DNA of 64,000 nucleotides from Sedimentisphaerales bacterium (GTDB lineage: Bacteria > Planctomycetota > Phycisphaerae > Sedimentisphaerales > Anaerobacaceae), in assembly GCA_963708075.1 (NCBI GenBank), contig OY970194.1:3232001-3296000 (forward strand), in the 5' to 3' direction. The notes below the pieces were generated by a model that was not told the DNA's origin, ran no database searches, and worked only from the letters and a program-made list of their open reading frames with translations. Both the position numbers and the translations under genes were made by a program. Positions 48,654-56,959 of this stretch are shown here, piece by piece. The stretch's first letter is position 1, and the number at the start of each line of letters is the position of its first letter.

Positions 48654-50625
48654 TTAGACCATATTCATCAATGTCGTCATAGTTGTCTGAATACTACTGA
48701 GGTATTTTGCCACGGCCTGGAACATCTTCTCAAAGACCAGCAATTGGGCCGCCTCGTCGTTGATGTTGACGGAGCTGAGATCGTTGCGGCGTTGCTCGAG
48801 GTTCTGGAGCATAGCCTCAACATTGTCCTGGCGAGACTGCTTCAGCGACACTTGCTGGCCCAGGTTGGCGGCCATTCGATGGTAGTACTCGCCCGGGGTC
48901 ATGCCGTTGAGGGCTTCCACGGTCCCGTCGCGGACGGCCGCCAGTCTCAGGGCGGCGATGTTGTCGGCCAGATCGCTTCCGAAAGCCGTGGCAATTCGGT
49001 CGGGCGCATCGATGATGTCGCTGGAGACCCTCATCTCCGAGGCACCGGAGCCTGAGAAGAATGTATTCAGGCCGGTCGCGGCCAGGAAGCCGGACGTGTC
49101 CGTCGTAGCGAAGGCTTCCACCTCGAAACTGTCGCCATCGTTCAGTTGCCCCATGCTCAGGGAGACCTTGATGCCGCTGCTCAACTCGATCACGTCGCCG
49201 GCGGGGTAGCCGGCTCCGACATTGAGCGTGGCCACGACCCCGCCGCTGGTGTCCGTCACGTCGATCTGAAGAGCACCGTTACCCACCGACCCGCTGCCTC
49301 TGACCTGAAAGGTGAACGTCTGATTCTCACTGCCGTTGTAGATCCCGGAGACACCGATGTCGGGCGGTGAGGCGGCAGTGAGATCAGCCGCTGTGGGCTG
49401 AGGCAGCACAGCCGGAAGGAAGTCAAAGGTGTACCCCACGTCGGCAATGACGTGCAGCCGGGAGGACGCGACGGATGCATTCAGCCCGGCGATGGCGTCG
49501 ATCTTGGCGGCGACGGATTCCAGCGTGTCCGGCACAGGCCCCGACACGTTCACATCGATGGCATATCTCTCCGCACTGCCGGTAGCCACATCCGTCAGTC
49601 TCAGGTAGAAGGTCCCATCCGTGATGGGGGCATCCGTGGCGGACAGGTCCGTGCTGTTCATCGCCCACCCGGTCAACTGCTCGAATGATCCTTCCTGGCC
49701 CACCCCCTGGACGTGGTACCGATTCACTTCGTTCACGATCGTCCGAGCCAGCGTATCCAGATCGGTCTGAAAACCGGAGAGCAACTCGTTTTTCAGGGTC
49801 AGTAGTGCGCCCAGTCGTCCTCCCTGGATGTTGAGATTCGTGCCTTCACTGCCCGAGGCAAACACTCGCAGCGACTGGTCGGCCTGCAGGCTCTTCTCGA
49901 GGAACATCGTCACCGAGCCGACAACCGCCGGAAGGCCCGCGATGACGACATCGACGACGCCGAAATCTCTCTCCTGGGTTTCAATACCGGCCAGACCGGC
50001 CAGTTCCGTGATCATGCGGTCCCGGTAATCCCGCAGGTTGTTGGTCTGTTCTCCGCTGATCTCGATGTTCTGGATCTTGCCGTTCAGCTCGGCGATCTGT
50101 GAGATGAGCGCGTTGACGGAATCGACCGTATTGTTCGCCTCCAGCGCGATTTGGTCTTGCAGGTCGGTCATCAGACTGCCCAATCGCCGGAATTCATTGG
50201 TCAGGACCTCTGCCGAGCTGATCACCTCGTTCCGCCACACCCGCTCCTGGGGATGTGCCGCCAGACTCCGCAGCGCATCGAAAAAGGCGTCGACCATAGC
50301 ATTCAGCCCGCCGGCGTCGGCAAACTCGCCCAGCGTCGTCTCGATGGAGCTGAGAACGGAAAGTTCTTGAGAGACCTGCCCATAGGCGGACTTCTGCCGC
50401 ATGATCTCGCGTTCCATGAGAACCATCTATCATGCGGGTGACGCCTGCGACATCGACGCCGGCCCCTGTCTCCACGTAGCCGATCCGGCCGGTGGCCGAA
50501 GGGGATAGTTCCACCCGCTGGCGGTGGTAGCCTTCCGTCGCTGCGTTGGCAACATTGTTGCCGATGATGTCGAGCGCGGTCTGCGCCGCATTCAGGCCGC
50601 TCAATCCTATGGCATAGTTCTGCAT
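48654..50625 (-). CDS. flgK: hook-associated protein 1 FlgK (apparent +1 frameshift near 50423)
   Basis: The N-terminus (IGLSGLNAAQ...GNNVANAATEGYHRQRV) is in ORF 50194-50625 and the remainder (...SSVNINDEAAQLLVFEKMFQA) is in ORF 48654-50426. Removing one G joins them. Confidence 0.9.
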
Positions 50626-50652
50626 CTTCCCGTCCTGACTCTATCGCAACTC

Positions 50653-51172
50653 TTAGAGCTGCAAGCTCATCAGTGTCGTATTCGTCTGGTGCCTTGCCTG
50701 GCCGGTGGGATTGTAGAGAACGCCCACCTGGCTGCCGGCCCCAAAGAACGTCCGTACAAGCGTTCGGTTGAATCGCGCAATCGGACACAAGAACCGCTGT
50801 CAGCATGTACTCGCCTTTGAGGTCCGCGATCAGGGAGCTGAGTTTCCTCTGTCGCGTTGCCACCGATGCCCGCTGCGGCTCCGGGAGCATCGATTGCAGC
50901 TTCGACAGTGTCAGCCGGTCCGCATCGCACTCGAGCGCCAGGGCCAGATCGGCGCGAAGCATCTGCCGCGTCTGTTCGTTGGCCGCATAGGTTTCGGTCC
51001 GGCCGCGAATCTCCGCGAGAAGCTGTTCCAGCGCCGCGTCGTCACGCTTGATGAGCAGGCCGCGAAGTGCGTCCAGTTGCACCAGAGTCGTCTCCAGATG
51101 CCGGATGTCCTCATCGAGCACGGCCAGCAGTCGTTCCACGTTCGTTTCCACCGCAAGTGATGTCATGATCAC
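50653..51172 (-). CDS. flgN: flagellar export chaperone FlgN (apparent frameshift near 50775)
   Basis: Helical protein between flgJ and flgK. The shifted frame gives RFNRTLVRTFFG...LYNPTG...SLQL* ending at 50653, just ahead of flgK. Confidence 0.75.
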
Positions 51173-51552
51173 AGCTCTCTATCTATCTGTGCACCGGCCC
51201 CACGGGCCCCTTCCATATCTTCAAAGTGGCGATAGATCTCCTGCCACACGCCAAATCCCCCCTTGTCCGCCACGTCCTGCGCCAGGTAGAGCCAGAACAG
51301 CCCGTGAACCTGCTGCGAGGCCCCATCCTCCCCATCTTCATCGACGTTCCACTGGCCGATGGATTCCTTTACCTCGTCGAACAGCTTCGTCAGAAGAACC
51401 GACTCGAAGTCCCGGGCGATCCGCTTCTTCTCTTCCTCACCCTGCTGCACAGGGTCCGATTGCGTCTTGACGACTTCAGACCGCAGCTTGGAATCGCGGC
51501 TGTAATCCGCAATCTGCAATCCGAAATCCGCAATAGGGTCGATCCCGTCCAT
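51169..51552 (-). CDS. flgJ: rod-binding FlgJ-like protein (no muramidase domain)
   Basis: Motifs IARDFESVLL and LAQDVADKGGFGV. It follows flgI. Confidence 0.8.
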   Translation of the reverse strand: MDGIDPIADFGLQIADYSRDSKLRSEVVKTQSDPVQQGEEEKKRIARDFESVLLTKLFDEVKESIGQWNVDEDGEDGASQQVHGLFWLYLAQDVADKGGFGVWQEIYRHFEDMEGARGAGAQIDREL

Positions 51553-51561
51553 GAGTGTCCC

Positions 51562-52707
51562 TTACATGATGACCAGCTTGGCCTGCAGGGCCCCGGCTTT
51601 CTTCAAGGCGTTGAAGATGGCGATGAGGTCCCGCGGCGAGGCCCCGATCGCATTGAGCGTTTTCGCCAGCTCAGACACGGTCACCGACCGCGCCACGGGG
51701 ATCAGGTACGCGTTCTGCTCCTCTGCCTCCAGGGCCGTCTCAGGAATGATCGCCGTCGTGCCGGAATCCGAGAACGGCGCCACCGGCTGGGAGACCGAAG
51801 CGATCTCCTGGACCTTCACGACCAGGCTGCCCTGGGAGATGGCCACGGCGGAGATGCCGACGCTCTCGCCCACGACAATCGTCCCCGTTCGCTCGTTGAT
51901 GACCACCGTGGCGGGCATGTCCACGGTCACCTCTTTCAGCGTGATCTCGTCGAGGAAACCGACGATGCCCGCCTGGTTGACGTTGTCGGGGACACTGACC
52001 CGCACAGTGCCCGCGTCGAGAACGACACTGCTGTCGGGATGAGACTGATTGATCGCCTGGCTGATTCGTTGGGCGGTGGAGAAGTCGTTGTTGCGCAGGT
52101 GAAAAGTGATGAAGCGCCGCCCGGCCACTTCCTCGATGAATTCGGCAGGCTCGGCCTGCTCGACGATGGCGCCATCGGGGATGCGGCCGACCGTCTGGTG
52201 GTTCTTGGACAGCGACGCCTGGTTGCCGGAGGCGGCCCAGCCGCCCAGCGATACGCCGCCCTGGGCGACAGCATAGACCTGCCCGTCAAGCCCTTTCAAC
52301 GGCGTCGGCAAAAGCATCCCTCCCTGGAGGCTCTTGGCGTCGCCGATCACGGACACATCCACGTCGATGCGTGCGCCTTCCCGGTCAAATGCACCCAGCT
52401 CGGCACTGACCATCACCACCGCGATGTTGCCGCCCGTCAGGTCGTTCGGTGTCAGGACCAGGCCCGAATCCCGGAGGATATTGGTGAGCATCTGCCGTGA
52501 CAGCAGAGTCGTGTCGCCGGTGCCGGCCAGACCAGTCACCAGCCCGATGCCGTTGAGCGGGTTGCCGCGCACGCCCTGGATATCCACGATGTCTTTGATG
52601 CGCTCCCCGGGCGCGGCACGACAGAGGGCCAGCACAACCGCCAGCGCCGCGGCAACTCGAAGGCTCGGATGCCGAGCGTCAGATTCACGAAAACGATGAG
52701 ATTTCAT
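51562..52707 (-). CDS. flgI: flagellar P-ring protein FlgI
   Basis: Motifs RIKDIVDIQGVRGNPLNGIGLVTGLAGTGD and ALKKAGALQA. Confidence 0.97.
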   Translation of the reverse strand: MKSHRFRESDARHPSLRVAAALAVVLALCRAAPGERIKDIVDIQGVRGNPLNGIGLVTGLAGTGDTTLLSRQMLTNILRDSGLVLTPNDLTGGNIAVVMVSAELGAFDREGARIDVDVSVIGDAKSLQGGMLLPTPLKGLDGQVYAVAQGGVSLGGWAASGNQASLSKNHQTVGRIPDGAIVEQAEPAEFIEEVAGRRFITFHLRNNDFSTAQRISQAINQSHPDSSVVLDAGTVRVSVPDNVNQAGIVGFLDEITLKEVTVDMPATVVINERTGTIVVGESVGISAVAISQGSLVVKVQEIASVSQPVAPFSDSGTTAIIPETALEAEEQNAYLIPVARSVTVSELAKTLNAIGASPRDLIAIFNALKKAGALQAKLVIM

Positions 52708-52739
52708 GATTACGGTTCTCCAGGAATAGAAGCATCACC

Positions 52740-53354
52740 CTACCAGGGCCAGAGGACATTCATGATCTGACCGAGCCACCCGGGCTTCGTGTAGGGAGCG
52801 GACACGCCCCCGTTCTTCGTGAGAATGCGGAAGTTGGCGACCTGCTCGCTGCGAATCGTGTTGTCGAAGGCAACGTCGCTCGGACGCACGATCCCGCTGA
52901 CTTCAATTGTCTGCGTATCCCCGGCGATGCGCCGGTTCCGCGTCCCGGCGACCACGAGGTTGCCGTTCGGGAGCACGTCCATGACGACCACGCTGACACG
53001 GTCCTCGAAGCTGCGCTCGTCCTTGAAATCCGCCTTGCTCTTGAGCTCGTTGGAGGATTCGGCGTCCATCGTGAAGCCCGGGATGCTCGGCAGGATGTGA
53101 TCGATGTTCAGCTCGCCGTTGAAGTCGCTGGACCGCGCGGTCTCCTTCTTCAAGTCGCGCTTGCCCTTGTTATCAACCTTGCTTTCCTCGATGATCTTGA
53201 TCGTCAGAGTATCCCCGATGTTGCGGGCGACGTCATCGACGTACAGCCTCTTCATGCTCTTGTCCCGCTTGGCCCAGATCGAGCCCGCATGGACAAAGTC
53301 GCACGCAAACAGCACCAGCGTAAGCGCCAAGAAGGTGTTCGCTGACCTTTTCAT
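52740..53354 (-). CDS. flgH: flagellar L-ring protein FlgH
   Basis: Motifs ARNIGDTLTI, VLPNGNLVVAG and SGIVRPSD. The signal peptide starts at MKRSANTF. Confidence 0.93.
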   Translation of the reverse strand: MKRSANTFLALTLVLFACDFVHAGSIWAKRDKSMKRLYVDDVARNIGDTLTIKIIEESKVDNKGKRDLKKETARSSDFNGELNIDHILPSIPGFTMDAESSNELKSKADFKDERSFEDRVSVVVMDVLPNGNLVVAGTRNRRIAGDTQTIEVSGIVRPSDVAFDNTIRSEQVANFRILTKNGGVSAPYTKPGWLGQIMNVLWPW

Positions 53355-53392
53355 TGGATGTCCTTCCATGTTGCAGAGCTCCACTGAATAAC

Positions 53393-54388
53393 TCAGAGCA
53401 CGGGCTCGACGGTCCCATCGTCGTTCACCTTGCACACAATGATGCGATGCGAATCCGTGTTGCGGACCTTGACGTATTGCCCGGCCCGCCCCTCCTGCAT
53501 CGCCAGGCCGACGGCGGTCACCAGGAACCCGGGACGCTGAATGCGGATTACGACGGTTTCGTTGCGCCGGATAACCAGCGACGGCTCAGGAGCGTCGACC
53601 ATGCCGTCGCGGATTTCGGTCCGCGCCGGCAGATCACGCAGGGCCACCAGGCCATGCGGGGACTTCCAGCCGGTCTCGGGCCGGTCAGAGACCGTCTCTT
53701 CGATCTTCACATTCTCCGGGGTAAGCGTCGCACCTTCCGAAATCTCCTGCAGGGTGACGGCCTTGTGGCACCGGTACCGCAGGCGAAGCGGGACGGTCCG
53801 CGACCCAACCTCTTTCCCATCCACAACTACCGCCACCTGGATCGTTACGAAGCCGCTGGCGCCGTTCTCGACAAATCGCGGCACAAGCTGCATATTCCGG
53901 GGCTCGTCGAGCAGGACCAGGTCCTTCGGCTTGGCCGCCGCCGTGCCGTCACAGAGTGATGTGCCGGGCGGGTTCTGCTGCAGGAACAACCTCGCGAAGG
54001 AGACGAACTCGTCCCCACTGATGACTTGCTGGCGTCGTCGCACCGTGACGGCGTCCGCGCCGGTCAGTACTACGCTGTCGGCCGGGATGCCCTGGGAGGC
54101 GAGGCGGCTAAGGATCGTCGCGCGGTCCAGTGTGATCTTCTGCCCCGGCACGGAGAACCGGCCGAGACGCACACTGCCCGCGGTCGTGGCCACAGGTCCG
54201 GCCCCCGTGATCGCAGTGACCTGTCCGAGGCTCAGGAATGAGCTTGGCACCGTCACCTCGCGCGGCAGGTGAATGCGCAGCAAGTTATCCGACGTGCTGT
54301 CCTCGCCGCCTGAGGCCGCCGCATTGCACAGCCCGGTGAGAGACAAGATGAAAGTAGCTCGGATGACCCATAACAAACGGTGATTCAT
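53393..54388 (-). CDS. flgA: P-ring formation chaperone FlgA
   Basis: Signal peptide and C-terminal VIRRNETV...AMQEGRAGQYVKVRN. Confidence 0.9.
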   Translation of the reverse strand: MNHRLLWVIRATFILSLTGLCNAAASGGEDSTSDNLLRIHLPREVTVPSSFLSLGQVTAITGAGPVATTAGSVRLGRFSVPGQKITLDRATILSRLASQGIPADSVVLTGADAVTVRRRQQVISGDEFVSFARLFLQQNPPGTSLCDGTAAAKPKDLVLLDEPRNMQLVPRFVENGASGFVTIQVAVVVDGKEVGSRTVPLRLRYRCHKAVTLQEISEGATLTPENVKIEETVSDRPETGWKSPHGLVALRDLPARTEIRDGMVDAPEPSLVIRRNETVVIRIQRPGFLVTAVGLAMQEGRAGQYVKVRNTDSHRIIVCKVNDDGTVEPVL

Positions 54389-54397
54389 GTGCCGCTC

Positions 54398-55184
54398 CTA
54401 ACGGGTGATGCTGTTGGTTCTCACGAAGCATGTCGTCGCCGGCCTTGATGGCCCGCGAGTTGATCTCGTACGCTCTCTGCGCCGTGATCAGGTTCACCAG
54501 CTCGTTGACCATCTGGACGTTGGATTTTTCGAGGAAGCCGGACTGGATGGTCCCCAGCCCGTCCTGTCCCGGGTTGCCGGGCACGGGTTCGCCGCTGGCG
54601 TCGGTCGAGGCATACAGGTTGTCCCCCTGGTTGGTCAGGCCGGCGGGGTTCGTGAACCGCACGAGTTGAATCGTGCCGACGGTGGAGCGTGAGCCCGATG
54701 CGTCGGTGACATTGACGCCCCCATCGGGCCCAATATCCACCGAGGCGGCATCCGTCGGAATACTGATTCCCGGGTCCAGCGTGTACCCCGTCGTCGTGAC
54801 GAGTTGCCCGTTCGCGTTCATCTCCAGGGCGCCGTTGCGCGTATAGCGGAGATCACCATTCGGCATGAGGACCTGAAGGAAGCCATTACCGCGGATGGCG
54901 ATGTCGAGCTTGCGGCCGGTGTTGGTCAGCTCGCCCATGCTGAAGACCTTGAGCGTGGAGCCGACGCGCACACCGCTGCCAACCTCCAGCCCGGTCGGGG
55001 CATTGACCCCCGGGGCGACCTCCGTGCCGGACTCCTTGATCTTGTCGTACAGCAGGTCCTGGAAATCGATCTGGCTGCGCTTGAAGCCGGTCGTGTTCAC
55101 GTTGGCCAGGTTGTTGGCGATGACATCCACCAGCGTCTGCTGGGCCATCATGCCTGTTGCCGCCGTGGAAAATGCTCTAAGCAT
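54398..55184 (-). CDS. flgG: distal rod protein FlgG (apparent +1 frameshift near 54418)
   Basis: Motifs IANNLANVNTTGFK and LEKSNVQMVNELVNLITAQRAYEINSRAI. Removing one A gives ...DDMLRETNSITR* ending at 54398. Confidence 0.93.
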
Positions 55185-55197
55185 ACGCAACCCCTTT

Positions 55198-55283
55198 AAT
55201 GTACGATTTACGATGTATGATTTACGATTTGGACTTGGGCCATCCGCAGCAAATCGTAAATCATAAATCGTAAATCATAAATT
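55198..55283. repeat. heptamer-periodic inverted repeat H9 (flgF/flgG)
   Basis: Left arm AATGTAC GATTTAC GATGTAT GATTTAC GATTTGG; right arm AAATCGT AAATCAT AAATCGT AAATCAT AAATT. Confidence 0.92.
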
Positions 55284-55286
55284 CTC

Positions 55287-56015
55287 TCAGCCCATGGCCA
55301 CGTTGACCATGCTGCTGCTCGTGTCCTTCATCACACTCGCCAGTCTCATATTGGCCTCGTAGAGGCGCGAGACCGTGATCATGTTGACCAGCTCATCGAC
55401 GATCCTGACGTTGGACGCCTCCTGGTAACCCTGCTTGACCACCGGGCTCAGCACCTCGACGGGCTGCACTTCCGGCGGGACTCGGAAACAGGTGTTGCCG
55501 GCGGGGACAAGCTGATCTTCGTAACCGGGAAACTCGACAACTCGGAACTGGCCGATCGCTGCACCGCGTGCGCTGATGCGGCCGTCGCCGGCGACATTGA
55601 TGGCGGACGGATCGACGTCAGCAGGGAGCGAGATCGGTCCGGCGATGCCGGCCACTACCCGCCCCGACAGGTCAACGATCTGCCCGTTCGGATTCGTCTG
55701 GAACACGCCGTGCCGCGTGTACAGCGGCCCCTCCGGCGTCTCAATGACGAAGAACCCCTGGCCGTAAAGAGCGAAATCCAGCGTCCGGTCCGTTTGGACG
55801 AGGCTGCCCTGCGAGAAGTCGAGCGGCATCGCGGACTCCTCTTGTGCGCCTCCATCGCCCCCTGTACCCGTCTGTTCATCGAGGGCCCGGGTGAACGCGT
55901 TGCAGCGGCGCTTGTAGCCCGCGGTGCTCGCATTGGCCAGGTTATGTGCAACGATATCGAACTCCCTGGTCAGGGTGTCGAGACTCGTGCTCACCTGAGT
56001 TCCAATGTCTGTCAT
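55287..56015 (-). CDS. flgF: proximal rod protein FlgF
   Basis: Motifs AHNLANASTAGYK, DFSQGSLVQT and QGYQEASNV. Confidence 0.9.
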   Translation of the reverse strand: MTDIGTQVSTSLDTLTREFDIVAHNLANASTAGYKRRCNAFTRALDEQTGTGGDGGAQEESAMPLDFSQGSLVQTDRTLDFALYGQGFFVIETPEGPLYTRHGVFQTNPNGQIVDLSGRVVAGIAGPISLPADVDPSAINVAGDGRISARGAAIGQFRVVEFPGYEDQLVPAGNTCFRVPPEVQPVEVLSPVVKQGYQEASNVRIVDELVNMITVSRLYEANMRLASVMKDTSSSMVNVAMG

Positions 56016-56016
56016 T

Positions 56017-56919
56017 CTACGCTCCCTGCATGACCCGCTCACCCGGCACAGCCGCTTGCGCCAAGTGCATCAGCTCATCAAGCTCCAGGCTCGTGAGGTC
56101 TGTCAAATCCACGGTGATCACCGTCTCCTCGCCAACCGCTTGCCTGTGTCTCACCCGCCCAACGTGTAAAATGATATGCCCACGACTTCCGGCGTCGTCC
56201 GTCGCTTCGCCCTCACGGGCCGATCCCAACGTGAACACAACCAGGACCCTCTCACCCACCTGCGCCGCCAATGGACTGTGGACCTTCAGGCCGGAGTCCG
56301 ACACCTCTGTCACGACCCCGCGAACCAGCTCGAACCAATCCGTCGGGCCCACGTCGTTCAACCCCATGGCGGCCGCTTGCACAAATGGGAAACGGGCAAC
56401 GGTCGCCATGGCATCGCTGGAGATGACCCGGTTACTCCTCGGTGTAGCCTGCTCGTGCTTGCCGTTCATCCGGTACGCAAGCCTTTCGCGAAGGGCGGCC
56501 ACTTCCAGGCGGAGCCGCTCGGTCTCCTGGGCTGTCCGGCTGTGGGCGCACTCTTCCAGAAGCTTGGCCGCTCCCCGGTCGAAGGCATCGGGGGTAATGA
56601 AGATGTCGTGGCTTCGCTCGATGCCGCTCCTGGCGACAATTACCAGGAGCATCTGCCGATCCCTCGCTCCAAGGCCCCTTCTCGCCGCGCCGTCCGAGAA
56701 TAAATCCCTCGCCTGCGCTATAGGCACATGGGGGCGTCTGTGGCTGACCCACCACAGCAGCAGGACCAGTGCCAGCAACAGCAGCGTGACAACTACAATC
56801 ACCGAGTAGTCCTCCCCGGAACGGGGATGGATCTTCTGGGCGGCCGCCCATCTCTCGCGGGCCGTCAGGGCCAGCAAGGCCGTGTCACAACTGTCCCACA
56901 TGGTGCTGCCGATGGTCAT
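56017..56919 (-). CDS. membrane-anchored protein with degenerate PilZ-like C-terminal domain
   Basis: One TM (VIVVVTLLLLALVLLLWW) and a C-terminal VTEVSDSGLKV...GERVLVVF...GRVRH. Confidence 0.6.
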   Translation of the reverse strand: MTIGSTMWDSCDTALLALTARERWAAAQKIHPRSGEDYSVIVVVTLLLLALVLLLWWVSHRRPHVPIAQARDLFSDGAARRGLGARDRQMLLVIVARSGIERSHDIFITPDAFDRGAAKLLEECAHSRTAQETERLRLEVAALRERLAYRMNGKHEQATPRSNRVISSDAMATVARFPFVQAAAMGLNDVGPTDWFELVRGVVTEVSDSGLKVHSPLAAQVGERVLVVFTLGSAREGEATDDAGSRGHIILHVGRVRHRQAVGEETVITVDLTDLTSLELDELMHLAQAAVPGERVMQGA

Positions 56920-56959
56920 CGAATCCCCGTTAGCACTACTGCCGTCGCGGAATACCCGG

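Noticed and set aside
50194..50625. 143-aa ORF as a separate gene
   Set aside because: It is the FlgK N-terminus running out of frame.
54285..54397. C-terminal extension of FlgG overlapping flgA
   Set aside because: Explained by a one-base insertion. The corrected frame stops at 54398, just ahead of flgA.
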